64,000 bases of DNA from Candidatus Omnitrophota bacterium (GTDB lineage Bacteria > Omnitrophota > Gorgyraeia > Gygaellales > Profunditerraquicolaceae), in assembly GCA_043800555.1 (NCBI GenBank), contig JAZDMX010000014.1, positions 15,001-79,000 on the forward strand, written 5' to 3'. How positions within the stretch are numbered: the stretch's first letter is position 1; each line of letters starts with the position of its first letter. Position numbers and translations under genes: made by a program. The notes beneath the pieces were generated by a model. The model made no database searches. It was not told the DNA's origin and saw only the letters and a list, made by a program, of their open reading frames with translations. This document shows positions 48,701 to 58,318 of the stretch, piece by piece.

Positions 48701-49450
48701 TTGTCCTTAAAAAAAAACAAAAGCCCTCTTACCGGGCAAAAAGACTCTTCGCAAGCGCAGGCCTTGTTAAATGAAGCAAAGACTTTGCAGGCCAAGGCAG
48801 ATTTAATGGGCGTTAAGTCCATTTATCAGAAGCTGGTGGATGATTTTCCTAATTCAGGCGATGTAATGAGCTGGCAGAAAAAGATCGATGATGTTAACAT
48901 AGCGCTTTTGTTTTCGCCTGTAATAACACCTAAGAGCGAACTCTATGAAATAAAATCCGGGGATACTTTGAATAAAATAGCCCGGGAATTCAAGACCACG
49001 GCGGATTTGATTAAAAAAAGTAATAATCTAAGCAGCGATATAATCAACGCGGGCAGGAAGATTAAGGTTTGGACTGCGCCTTTTAGCGTCCTGGTGGACA
49101 AGTCCCAGAATATCCTGATCCTGAAAAGCGATGAAGAAATAATTAAGACTTACATCGTATCAACGGGGAAAAACAATTCCACTCCCACCGGTAATTTTAA
49201 GGTTGCCTCTAAGCTGATGAACCCGACCTGGTTTAAAACCGGAGCAGTTATTCCGGCCGGCAGCCCTGAAAACGTTTTGGGCACGCGATGGTTAGGTTTG
49301 GATAAGCCTTCGTACGGTATCCATGGCACGATTGAGCCGCAAGACTTGGGAAAACAAGTTACTCAAGGCTGCGTGCGCATGGCTAATTCAGACGTAGAAG
49401 AGCTCTACGCGATTGTTCCTGTCGGGACAGAAGTAGTCATTGTAGATTAA
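48701..49450 (+). CDS. LysM plus YkuD L,D-transpeptidase. The N-terminal TM anchor is encoded in another frame from GTG 48637, with an A9 tract at the junction.
   Basis: LysM (YEIKSGDTLNKIAREF), and YkuD catalytic residues HGT...GCVRM. The upstream frame-1 ORF 48637-48774 encodes a TM helix and ends within or after the A-run at 48709-48717. Confidence 0.65.
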   Translation: MSLKKNKSPLTGQKDSSQAQALLNEAKTLQAKADLMGVKSIYQKLVDDFPNSGDVMSWQKKIDDVNIALLFSPVITPKSELYEIKSGDTLNKIAREFKTTADLIKKSNNLSSDIINAGRKIKVWTAPFSVLVDKSQNILILKSDEEIIKTYIVSTGKNNSTPTGNFKVASKLMNPTWFKTGAVIPAGSPENVLGTRWLGLDKPSYGIHGTIEPQDLGKQVTQGCVRMANSDVEELYAIVPVGTEVVIVD

Positions 49451-49528
49451 TAAGGACAGCGAACGTTTCTTGGGCCCGGATAGGGGCCCGGAAGAACAGC
49501 CGCTGCCCGCTATAAAAAGGGCATTGTT

Positions 49529-50476
49529 ATGGCCGGATTAGATTTCGAAAAACCAATCGTTGAATTAGAGAAGAAAATACAGGAATTAAAGCATTTTGTT
49601 TCGGACAAGAAAATAGACCTTTCTTCCGAGGTTAAGCGCCTTGAGGATAAACTCGAACACCTCAAAAAAGACACCTACACTAATCTTTCCGCCTGGCAGA
49701 GGGTGCAGCTTGCCCGTCATCCCCAGAGGCCGTATACCCTAGATTATATAAACCTGATTATGTCGGATTTTATCGAACTGCACGGGGACAGGCTTTTTGG
49801 AGATGACAAAGCCATAGTTTGCGGGTTTGCTAAATTAGATAAACAAAAAATAGCGGTTATCGGCCATCAAAAAGGCAGGGATACCAAGGAAAACCTTAAG
49901 CGTAATTTTGGATGCGCCCATCCCGAAGGTTACCGAAAGGCGCTTAGGGTTATGCAATTAGCCGAAGAATTCGGTTTGCCGGTGGTAATATTTATCGATA
50001 CGCCCGGGGCATACCCGGGAATAGGCGCGGAGGAGCGTGGCCAATCGCAAGCCATCGCGCTTAATTTAAGAGAAATGGTTGCCATCGCTACTCCTATAAT
50101 TTCTATTGTAATCGGAGAGGGCGGCTCAGGAGGGGCTTTAGGCGTGGGAGTGGCCGACCGTATCTTTGTATTGGAAAATTCCTATTATTCCGTTATTTCT
50201 CCCGAAGGTTGCGCCGCGATATTGTGGAAAGACGGTTCAAAGGCGCCTCAGGCAGCAGAGGTCCTTAAGTTGACAGGGGATGATTTGCTCGGCCTTAAGA
50301 TTATTGATGAAGTTATCCTTGAGCCTTTGGGAGGGGCGCATCGCGACCCCCAAAAGACATCCCGGGGATTAAAGGAGGCCATTGCCAGGAGCCTTAACGA
50401 ATTAAAATCTCATAGCAGGGATGAACTTCTAAAATTAAGATACAAAAAATTCCGCAACATAGGCATTGTAGCATGA
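49529..50476 (+). CDS. accA: Acetyl-CoA carboxylase carboxyltransferase alpha subunit.
   Basis: Crotonase-fold AccA motifs ([20 protein letters not shown]). Confidence 0.85.
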   Translation: MAGLDFEKPIVELEKKIQELKHFVSDKKIDLSSEVKRLEDKLEHLKKDTYTNLSAWQRVQLARHPQRPYTLDYINLIMSDFIELHGDRLFGDDKAIVCGFAKLDKQKIAVIGHQKGRDTKENLKRNFGCAHPEGYRKALRVMQLAEEFGLPVVIFIDTPGAYPGIGAEERGQSQAIALNLREMVAIATPIISIVIGEGGSGGALGVGVADRIFVLENSYYSVISPEGCAAILWKDGSKAPQAAEVLKLTGDDLLGLKIIDEVILEPLGGAHRDPQKTSRGLKEAIARSLNELKSHSRDELLKLRYKKFRNIGIVA

Positions 50477-50991
50477 TTGAGCAGGAGTTATTATTATTAG
50501 GCTTACTAAAAGAAGGCCCCAAGCACGGCTACGATATTAAGACTAATATACAGCAGATCCTTTCTTTGTTCGCCGGAGTAGAATTAAAATCCATCTATTA
50601 CCCTTTGCGCATACTTGAGAAAAGAGGGTTGGTTGCCAAGCGAAGGATCAAGCCGGGCAAGAGGCCCGAGCGTATGGTTTACGCTTTAACCGCTAAGGGG
50701 CAGCAGCGTTTTAATGAGCTTTTAAATAAAAGCCTGCTTAGCCTTAAAAGGCCGCAATTTAGTTTGGATTTAAGCCTGTATTTTCTGCATTACATGAAAC
50801 CTGCGATAGCGGCCCGCCGTTTACGCGCCAGGTTACATATGCTTAATAAGATATCCGGGGGCCTGGAGCATATGGTTAAGGCTTCATCTGAAAGTAAGGC
50901 AGCGCCCTTAAGCCGTATTCTAGAGCATAACTTCAGGTTGCTTAAGGCAGAATCCCGCTATATCCTGCGGTTGATTAATACTTTGCGGTAA
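50473..50991 (+). CDS. PadR-family transcriptional regulator.
   Basis: Winged-HTH PadR N-terminus ([13 protein letters not shown]...[12 protein letters not shown]) with a C-terminal dimerization helix. Confidence 0.7.
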   Translation: MIEQELLLLGLLKEGPKHGYDIKTNIQQILSLFAGVELKSIYYPLRILEKRGLVAKRRIKPGKRPERMVYALTAKGQQRFNELLNKSLLSLKRPQFSLDLSLYFLHYMKPAIAARRLRARLHMLNKISGGLEHMVKASSESKAAPLSRILEHNFRLLKAESRYILRLINTLR

Positions 50992-50997
50992 TTTTAC

Positions 50998-51026
50998 TTG
51001 ACAGCCCGGCTGTAATTTCATAAAAT
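50998..51026 (+). promoter_or_regulatory. Sigma70-like promoter preceding the 51.1-61.5 kb locus.
   Basis: TTGACA, a 17-nt spacer, then TAAAAT. Confidence 0.4.
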
Positions 51027-51041
51027 ATGAGTAAATTTAAA

Positions 51042-51057
51042 TAGTAAAATTTTACTA
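51042..51057. promoter_or_regulatory. Perfect 16-bp palindrome; candidate PadR operator.
   Basis: TAGTAAAATTTTACTA is its own reverse complement. It lies 15 nt downstream of the -10 and just after the padR gene. Confidence 0.45.
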
Positions 51058-51122
51058 TATACGCAGTAAGCCAAGCGCCTTCCGGCAGCTAGGCCTTAGC
51101 TATGACAAAAGGGATTTGATAT

Positions 51123-51380
51123 ATGGATTGGGATAAGGCTACGCAGAATAAGTTTCAGGTTGTGGTTACCAAGATACCTGTTTTCCATCGTCATATTACG
51201 GAAGAGGCGGTCACTAAAGGTTCGCAGGAGTATGCCCGGAAACGAGGCGCTGCTAAGGTCGAAGAAGTGGACGTGATTAGCGCTTTTTTCTCGGATGTCC
51301 CGGCTGCTTTCTATAGTATGATGGTCAGGCTCCTGGAGCAGAACGGGTTTGATTATAAGAAATACGGTTTTCCTAAATAG
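51123..51380 (+). CDS. Small PCP_red-like (protochlorophyllide-reductase C-terminal-domain-like) protein.
   Basis: At 85 aa, KIPVFHRHITEEAVTKGSQEYARKRG resembles the PCP_red fold motif; the assignment is tentative. Confidence 0.3.
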   Translation: MDWDKATQNKFQVVVTKIPVFHRHITEEAVTKGSQEYARKRGAAKVEEVDVISAFFSDVPAAFYSMMVRLLEQNGFDYKKYGFPK

Positions 51381-51425
51381 CGATGGCCCTGCTTGCCATG
51401 CTGACATGACCGTACCCGGGAAAAG

Positions 51426-52433
51426 TTGATGAGAATAGCAGTCATTGGCGCAGGCGCCATAGGGAACCTGATTGCCGGCTACCTGAAATTAAAGGGCGAG
51501 GATGTCTATCTGGTGGGCCGCGGGGAAGCGCTCCAGGCTATCTCAAATAACGGTTTGAAGATTAGCGGAGTGCGCGGAGACTTTAAAGTCGATATCGGCA
51601 TATACGACGCGTTGGTCTCCAATCCGGAGCTTGTAATATTAGCCACAAAGACACAGGATATAGGCCAGGCGTTAAAAGATAATCTTAACCGGATTAAAGG
51701 TTCTATTGTTTTGACTACGCAAAACGGCCTTGCCGCCGAAAGAATAGCCGCCGGGTTTCTTGCGAAAGAAAATATTTTCTCCAGTATTGTCATGTTTGGG
51801 GCTACTTGCCTGGAGGCGGGAAAAGTTATCCATAATTTTGAAGGGAGCTGGGTTTTAGGGAATTTGTTCTCTGAATCCATGGATCCGCGGTTGCTTCCTT
51901 TAAGCCTGGTTTCAGACAAGGCGTTTCCTTCGGTAATCAGCGCAGAAATCCTGGGGATGAAATACCTGAAGGTCTTTGTTAATGCCAATAACTGTATCCC
52001 GGCGATATTGGGAGTCAGTATGCAGGAAGCTTTCTTAGACCCGAAAATAAGCGGCATAAGCGTTGCGATTTGGAGAGAAGGTTTTCGGGTAATTTCAAAA
52101 GCCCGTATAAAGCTTGTTTCTTTGCCGGGTTTCCCGGTCGAAAACATAACCCGGCTTGTTGCTCTTGAGCCGGAAAAAGCGGCAGATGTTTTTTCGGGGA
52201 TTATGGGCAAGCTAAGCCGTGACCCGCTCTACGGATCCATATTGCAGAGTATTAAGAGAGGCAGGCCCTCGGAGATTGATTATATTAACGGAGAATTCGT
52301 AAGTTTAGCCCGGCGGTGTAATTTAAAGGCAGATTTGAACCAAAGGCTGGTTGAGATGGTGCATGAGGTAGAAAAGAGCAGGAGTTTTTTTACCAGGCTT
52401 GAGCTTTTGAACGCTACGCAAGGGTTTTTATAA
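51426..52433 (+). CDS. 2-dehydropantoate 2-reductase family (ApbA/PanE-like) NAD(P)-dependent ketoreductase.
   Basis: N-terminal Rossmann IAVIGAGAIGN and a PanE-family C-terminal domain. Confidence 0.65.
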   Translation: MMRIAVIGAGAIGNLIAGYLKLKGEDVYLVGRGEALQAISNNGLKISGVRGDFKVDIGIYDALVSNPELVILATKTQDIGQALKDNLNRIKGSIVLTTQNGLAAERIAAGFLAKENIFSSIVMFGATCLEAGKVIHNFEGSWVLGNLFSESMDPRLLPLSLVSDKAFPSVISAEILGMKYLKVFVNANNCIPAILGVSMQEAFLDPKISGISVAIWREGFRVISKARIKLVSLPGFPVENITRLVALEPEKAADVFSGIMGKLSRDPLYGSILQSIKRGRPSEIDYINGEFVSLARRCNLKADLNQRLVEMVHEVEKSRSFFTRLELLNATQGFL

Positions 52434-52499
52434 ATTAATCACGCGTAATGATAGCGGGAGTTTAAACACCCTCTCTGGCTAAAATAGGATTAAATATAT

Positions 52500-53090
52500 A
52501 TGGTAGATACGCCTTTCCCGAAATTAAAACTCACGGTCACAGGAGTATTTGGCGACTGTTACCACGGGTATAAATCCGGGGATGAGATGATTCTGGAAGA
52601 TTTTACCCATCCGCCCAAGCACTTTTGCCTGGGGCTGGCGCATGCGCTATTTCCGGTAATCTATGCTTTAAGTTTCGGCGCGAAATTCGGTTTCCGCGAT
52701 AATCAGCGTTCGCTTCTGGTGACTTGTCCCGATGGAGGAAAGTTAGAGTTTAAGGCGGAGATCTTGGATAAGGCAGGTAAGGTAGAGGTTCTCTCCAAGG
52801 ATCCGGCCCATAAATTTAATCCCAAAAAGATGGCTATTGAAGTAGTCAAAGCCAAAGGCAAGTGTACTTTTGGGTATAAGGTTGGAGATAAATGGGAGAC
52901 CCTGGGGTTAAAATGCATCCCGGGTTTTTGCGGGGCGGCGTTTCATACCGCGTTTCCAGCGCTGTTTGCCTTGAATTTCGGGGCAAAGTTTTTATTTATG
53001 GATGACCCGGATTCGATCGACACCGTAACCTGCCCCGACGGCGGGAATATCGTGTTTAAAGTTAGCCGGTTAGAAGGGGAGAAAAAATAA
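52500..53090 (+). CDS. Internally duplicated Cys/His-rich domain protein, possibly TIGR04076-like.
   Basis: Two 85-aa repeats each carry GxK.GD, FP.(I/L)(Y/F)AL.FGAKF and VTCPDGG motifs. Confidence 0.4.
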   Translation: MVDTPFPKLKLTVTGVFGDCYHGYKSGDEMILEDFTHPPKHFCLGLAHALFPVIYALSFGAKFGFRDNQRSLLVTCPDGGKLEFKAEILDKAGKVEVLSKDPAHKFNPKKMAIEVVKAKGKCTFGYKVGDKWETLGLKCIPGFCGAAFHTAFPALFALNFGAKFLFMDDPDSIDTVTCPDGGNIVFKVSRLEGEKK

Positions 53091-53093
53091 TTC

Positions 53094-54356
53094 ATGAATA
53101 AGCGCAGAGTAGTGATTACTGGGATCGGGGTAATTTCACCTAATGGTATAGGCAAGGATAAGGTTTATCGGGCGATGTGCGATGGCGTTTCCGGAATAAA
53201 GCGGGTAGACGGTTTTGATGTTTCGGTATTTAATACCAAGATTGCCGCGGAGGTGCGCGACTTCGATCCCTTTAAGTTCGGGCTTACCCACCAGGAAGCT
53301 GTGCGTATGGATAGATATGTGCAGTTTGGGGTGGTTGCCGGAAACATGGCGGTTAAGGACAGCGGTTTGGATTTTTCCAAAGTCGACCCCGGGCGTGTGG
53401 GAGTTTGCCTTGCCAATGCTATTTGCGGGACCAAATATATGGAAGAGGAATTTGCCCTGGTAACTGATGACGGGAAAAACCCGATTGACCCCTTAAAAGT
53501 AAGGCCAGATCTTTATGATGCCGCGATGTTTAATACGCCTTCCATAGAGCTATCTTCGAAATATCATTTGAATGGAATCTGCAATACCCTTTCTACGGGT
53601 TGCACAGCCGGGACAGATTCTTTGGGGTTTGGTCTAGAAGCGATCCAAGACGCAGAGCAGGATATCATGATTTGCGGGGCGGCAGAAGCCCCGATTACGC
53701 CGATTACTTTTGGCGCTTTTGACGTGGTAAATGTTTTATCGGTCCGCAACGATAACCCCGAGGCATCTTCACGGCCGTTTGATAACAAGCGTGACGGGTT
53801 TGTCCTAAGCGAGGGAGCCGGAATCGTGATCCTGGAGGAATTAAATCACGCTTTAAAGCGCAATGCCCGCATCTATTGCGAAGTTTTGGGTTTTGGCACC
53901 AGTTGCAACGCTTTTCATATGACTGATCTTCCGGGTGACGGACAGGCCATGACCACTTGTATAGTTTTAGCCATAAAAGACTCCGGGATCAAACCGCAGG
54001 AAATCGATTATATCAGCGCCCACGGCTCAAGCACGAGAATGAATGATATATTCGAAACCAACTCCTATAAGGCGGTTTTCGGGGATTACGCGTATAAGCT
54101 TCCTATAAGTTCGCTTAAGTCTATGATCGGCCATCCATTGGCCGCCTCCAACGCCATTGAGGTCACTGTTTGTTCCCTGATTTTCGAAAAGAACATCCTT
54201 CCTCCGACAATAAATCAAGAAGAGAAAGACCCTTTGTGCGATTTGAATTACGTCCCTAACCAAGCCATTACCAAGAAAGTAGATACGATCATTAAGACTA
54301 GTTCGGGTTTCTCCGGGATCCATTCTTCGCTGATCTTAAGGAGATATAATGGATAA
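53094..54356 (+). CDS. Beta-ketoacyl synthase (KS-alpha-like, FabF/KASII fold, catalytically complete).
   Basis: Active-site Cys (LSTGCTAGTDS), His (AFHMTD) and His (AHGSSTRMND) are all present. Confidence 0.8.
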   Translation: MNKRRVVITGIGVISPNGIGKDKVYRAMCDGVSGIKRVDGFDVSVFNTKIAAEVRDFDPFKFGLTHQEAVRMDRYVQFGVVAGNMAVKDSGLDFSKVDPGRVGVCLANAICGTKYMEEEFALVTDDGKNPIDPLKVRPDLYDAAMFNTPSIELSSKYHLNGICNTLSTGCTAGTDSLGFGLEAIQDAEQDIMICGAAEAPITPITFGAFDVVNVLSVRNDNPEASSRPFDNKRDGFVLSEGAGIVILEELNHALKRNARIYCEVLGFGTSCNAFHMTDLPGDGQAMTTCIVLAIKDSGIKPQEIDYISAHGSSTRMNDIFETNSYKAVFGDYAYKLPISSLKSMIGHPLAASNAIEVTVCSLIFEKNILPPTINQEEKDPLCDLNYVPNQAITKKVDTIIKTSSGFSGIHSSLILRRYNG

Positions 54357-55578
54357 AATAGCGATTACGGGCATTGGCATTGTCAGCCCTTCGGGAATAA
54401 ATAAGCGCCAGTTCTGGGCAAATATAAAAAGCGGGCGTTCTTTTATCAAAGAGATTACCCGCTTTGACGCTTCCAAATACCCCTCGCGCATCGCCGGGCA
54501 AATCGACGAGTTGAATAAATACAGCAACATATCCGAGCGTTTGCTTAAAAAGATAGATACGTTTTCACACATGGCCTTGATTGCTTCAGATCTTGCCTTG
54601 CAGGATTCCGGTATCGACATAAAGAATGAGGACCCCAATTTAGTCGGCATATTCTTAGGCAATGCTATCGGCGGCTGGCTTTATGCGGAAACCGAATTAC
54701 GTGATTTATATATCGAAGGCCGCGAAGGCGTATCTCCCTATATGGCTTCGGCGTGGTTTCCCGCTGCCCCGCAAGGCCAGGTTTCTATTTATTACGGGAT
54801 CAAGGGATTTTCTAAGACAGTTGTCGCAGATAGGGCCAGTTCTTTAATGGCTTTAGGTTATGGCTGCAAGGTTTTAAATAAGAATAAACTGAATATGATC
54901 CTGGCCGGAGGGATGGAAGCGCCGGTTACCCCTTATGCGCTTTTGTGCTGCAGCACCTACGGGGCCTTATCAAAGAATAATTCCAGCCCCCAGGAAGCTT
55001 ACAGGCCGTTTGACAGCAAGCGCGATGGTTGTGTAATCGGCGAAGGCGCAGGGATTGTGGTTATGGAGAGCATCGAGCGGGCCAGTAAAAGAGGCGTAAG
55101 GCCTTTAGCTTATATTTCCGGTTACGCCACTAACTGCGATGGAGTCGACCGGATTAATTGCGCCAGCGACGGTAAAGAACTAGCCAGGGCCATTAAATTA
55201 GCTCTTGCCGAAGCTAAAACCAATATCGATGAAATTGATTACATTAGTTTGGACGGCTTGGGGTTAAGTTTATGGGATGACTCTGAACTCCAGGCGGTTA
55301 AAAGCGTTTTTGCCAATAGGGCCAAGGATATCCCGGTAAGTTGCCCTAAATCAATGTTCGGGAATTTGTTGGGAGCTTCGGGCGCAGTGGATATGATCGC
55401 TGCTGTTCTGACGATGGAGCATAATTTAGTCCCGGTTACTTTAAATTTGGATGAGCCGGCAGTTAAAGGGCTCAATTATGTTACTAAGGAAGCCAAAGAA
55501 TACAAAATCAAAAAGGCCCTGGTTATTTCACGCGGAAGAGGGGGGATTAATTCGGTCTTGGTGGTTGAGAAACCGTAA
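54349..55578 (+). CDS. Ketosynthase-like partner lacking the Cys-His-His triad (chain-length-factor/KS-beta-like).
   Basis: KS fold, but the Cys position reads VVADRASS and the His positions read YATNCDG and LDGLGLS. It overlaps KS1 by 8 nt, consistent with translational coupling. Confidence 0.7.
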   Translation: MDKIAITGIGIVSPSGINKRQFWANIKSGRSFIKEITRFDASKYPSRIAGQIDELNKYSNISERLLKKIDTFSHMALIASDLALQDSGIDIKNEDPNLVGIFLGNAIGGWLYAETELRDLYIEGREGVSPYMASAWFPAAPQGQVSIYYGIKGFSKTVVADRASSLMALGYGCKVLNKNKLNMILAGGMEAPVTPYALLCCSTYGALSKNNSSPQEAYRPFDSKRDGCVIGEGAGIVVMESIERASKRGVRPLAYISGYATNCDGVDRINCASDGKELARAIKLALAEAKTNIDEIDYISLDGLGLSLWDDSELQAVKSVFANRAKDIPVSCPKSMFGNLLGASGAVDMIAAVLTMEHNLVPVTLNLDEPAVKGLNYVTKEAKEYKIKKALVISRGRGGINSVLVVEKP

Positions 55579-55597
55579 AATTTAGCAAATCCCCACA

Positions 55598-55638
55598 AAT
55601 TCCAATGCGGGTTTGGAATTCCAAACCCGCATTGGAAT
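55598..55638. repeat. Perfect inverted repeat of about 40 bp between the KS-beta-like gene and the radical SAM gene.
   Basis: aattccaatgcgggtttggaattccaaacccgcattggaat lies immediately upstream of the RBS ggaggtaagATG. Confidence 0.85.
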
Positions 55639-55653
55639 GAAAATGGAGGTAAG

Positions 55654-57114
55654 ATGAAAATACTTTTTGTCATGCCTAAAGTTGGCGCATGGGCAACACA
55701 CGGGATTCACCGCTCTCCGAATCAACTATACGCGCATTGGGCTGCGTATGTGCGCGAAAAAGGATATAAGGATGTTGCGGTTATTGACGGCAAGGCTGAA
55801 CAGATCCCTATGGACCGGCTTATCGAGCAGGTAAGGCTTAAGAATCCCGATGTTGTAGTGATGGGCGAGCAGCTCCATGGTTATGGCGGCTACGGAGTCT
55901 TGCGTCACTTTAAAGATGCTGCCGTTGGGATTAAAAAAGCGCTTCCTAAAACAAAAATAGTTTTCGGAGGCCTATGGTATTCGGCGATGCCCGTTTCTAC
56001 TCTGGAGGAAAATCCCGCAGTTGATTTTGTGGTTATGGGAGAAGAGGAGTCGTTCGGTGATTTGATCGAGGCAATAGATAAAAATAAGCCGCTTAAAGAC
56101 GTTGGCGGGGTTACTTCGCGTATCGACGGCTCAATTGTTATGGGCCCGCATAAGCCTTTGATGGAGGATTTGGATAAATTACCGCTTCCGGCGTATGATT
56201 TGTTCCCCATGGATAAATATGTGGGGCATACCTATTGGAAACCGTTTGTAGATATGGTTACTTCCCGGGGTTGCCCTTCGGCCTGCACTTTTTGCTATGA
56301 ATGGGACCAATTTGACCCGCGCCACCCTTCGGACTTCTTAAAGTGGCGCGCCAAAAGCCCGGAGCGGGTAATCGAGGAAATGAAGCTCCTGCGCGATAAA
56401 TACGGCGTCAAGGTAGTGGTAATCCAGGACGATAATTTCATCGTGGATCCTGCGCGCGTCAAGAAATTCTGCGAGTTAAAGAAGAAAAACAACATCGATA
56501 CCAAGTGGGTTTCTTTGGGCCGGGCAATTGATTGGATTAACTGCGAATCGATTTTGCCGCTTATGAAAGAGACGGGTTTGTTTATGGGGGTTTTTGGAAT
56601 CGAAGTAACCACCCAGTCAGAGCTTAAGAAAATCGCTAAAGGCATCACCATTGATCAGATCCAAAAGACAATCGATATTTTGCGTAAACAGGATATTGCT
56701 ATTGTCGCCGACATTATGATGGGTTTTGATTATGATACCGAAGCGATAATCAAGCAGCGTTTTGAGTTTACCGACGCAGTGGACCCGGATATTTTATGGG
56801 TAGGCTATGTCACTCCTGCACCGAATTCGCCCATGTGGAAGGTCGCTTTGAAGAAGAACTGGATTGACCCCAAGAAAGTCGATTTCTCGACGTGGGATTT
56901 CTTGCATCCGGTTATCCCCACGGACCATTTGAGCGTTGAGGACTTGGGCAGGCTTGGTTCATGGTGTATGCGTGAATTTTTCTCCAAGCCTGGGCGCGTC
57001 AACCGGATTATGGAGAGCGATTTTGACCCGCTGGCTAAACTTTGCTTCCAGGATGTTATGAACGGGCTCAATAAATGGGAAGCAGCCGCGACAAAGGGCG
57101 AAGTTCAGATATAA
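55654..57114 (+). CDS. B12-binding-domain radical SAM enzyme (class B).
   Basis: N-terminal B12-binding Rossmann region and a CxxxCxxC motif (RGCPSACTFC); 486 aa. Confidence 0.75.
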   Translation: MKILFVMPKVGAWATHGIHRSPNQLYAHWAAYVREKGYKDVAVIDGKAEQIPMDRLIEQVRLKNPDVVVMGEQLHGYGGYGVLRHFKDAAVGIKKALPKTKIVFGGLWYSAMPVSTLEENPAVDFVVMGEEESFGDLIEAIDKNKPLKDVGGVTSRIDGSIVMGPHKPLMEDLDKLPLPAYDLFPMDKYVGHTYWKPFVDMVTSRGCPSACTFCYEWDQFDPRHPSDFLKWRAKSPERVIEEMKLLRDKYGVKVVVIQDDNFIVDPARVKKFCELKKKNNIDTKWVSLGRAIDWINCESILPLMKETGLFMGVFGIEVTTQSELKKIAKGITIDQIQKTIDILRKQDIAIVADIMMGFDYDTEAIIKQRFEFTDAVDPDILWVGYVTPAPNSPMWKVALKKNWIDPKKVDFSTWDFLHPVIPTDHLSVEDLGRLGSWCMREFFSKPGRVNRIMESDFDPLAKLCFQDVMNGLNKWEAAATKGEVQI

Positions 57115-57214
57115 ACAGGGACAGTTTTGAGTCCCAGGGCGGAAACCGTTTTCCTGCCTGCCTGCAGGCAATTCAACCGTAAGAGCGGGAATATATGGTT
57201 TATGGAGGAAGGGC

Positions 57215-57448
57215 ATGGAGATGAAAGCAAAAGTTAAGGAAGTTCTGGCTAATTTGCTTAAGGTAAAGCCGGAAGAATTAAAAGAGGGCGTTTCTTTGGA
57301 AGAGAGCATAGGGGTGGATTCAACTGAAATGGTTGAGTCGGCCATTGCCCTGGAAAAAGCCTTTGGAGTGAAATTAAGCCCTAAAGAAATAAGCAAGTCT
57401 TCAAGCATTGAAGATATCGAGAGAGCGATTAAATCCAAGTTAGGCTGA
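57215..57448 (+). CDS. Acyl carrier protein.
   Basis: At 77 aa, it carries the phosphopantetheine-attachment motif GVDSTEMVE. Confidence 0.7.
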   Translation: MEMKAKVKEVLANLLKVKPEELKEGVSLEESIGVDSTEMVESAIALEKAFGVKLSPKEISKSSSIEDIERAIKSKLG

Positions 57449-58245
57449 TGAAAATAATCGACTTAAGCCTTCCGATAGATGACAAGGCGTTTGAGGTGCA
57501 CAAGGTCGCTATTGAGCGCATAACCCATAAGGCCGGCGTTGAGAAATTCAACCGCGTGATTATGGGCAAGGCCTTTTCAGAGAAAATAAAATACCTTTTA
57601 GGAAAACGCATCCTCAAAAAAGAAGATTTACCCGATGAAGAATTCCTGTCTCTGGAAGTTGTGCATTCACCGGTCCACGTCGGGACCCACCTTGATTATT
57701 CATTCCATTACGGCTCAAAATCAGAGAATCGGGCAGCTAAAACAGCCGAAGAGATCCCGCTTGAATACTGTTACCAGGATGGAATAAAGTTGGACCTTAG
57801 CCATAAAAGGCCTAACGAGGTAATCTGTGCTTCGGATGTCACAGCTGCGCTTGAAAAAATAAACTATAAATTAAAACCGCTGGATATTGTTTTGTTGCAT
57901 ACGGGAGCGGATAAATTGTACGGTTCGCCGGAATATTTCTCGGATTATCCGGGATTGGATATTTCGGCGATAGATTATATTTTGGATCAGGGGGTTAAGA
58001 TTTTTGGGGTGGATACAATGGGCATAGACCGGCCCTACAGGTTTATGTTGAAAGATTTTCTAGTGAACAAAGAATTTAAGGCCCTGTATCCGGCGCATTT
58101 CTACGGAAGAAAAAGGGAATTTATTCATATTGAGAGGTTGGCGAATTTAGAGAAGCTTCCGGCAACCGGATTCAAAGTTATTTGTTTTCCGGTAAAGATC
58201 AGGCAGACAGGAGCGGCTTGGTCGCGTGTAGTAGCGATAATATAA
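57448..58245 (+). CDS. Cyclase-family protein (PF04199-like, kynurenine-formamidase fold).
   Basis: HSPVHVGTHLD metal-binding motif (HxGTHxD). Confidence 0.6.
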   Translation: MKIIDLSLPIDDKAFEVHKVAIERITHKAGVEKFNRVIMGKAFSEKIKYLLGKRILKKEDLPDEEFLSLEVVHSPVHVGTHLDYSFHYGSKSENRAAKTAEEIPLEYCYQDGIKLDLSHKRPNEVICASDVTAALEKINYKLKPLDIVLLHTGADKLYGSPEYFSDYPGLDISAIDYILDQGVKIFGVDTMGIDRPYRFMLKDFLVNKEFKALYPAHFYGRKREFIHIERLANLEKLPATGFKVICFPVKIRQTGAAWSRVVAII

Positions 58246-58318
58246 ACCCCTGGCAGCTATCTGTAAATCATCGGTTGCCCGGGATCAATGCCTGTAATAA
58301 AAAAGAGAGGAGAAATTT

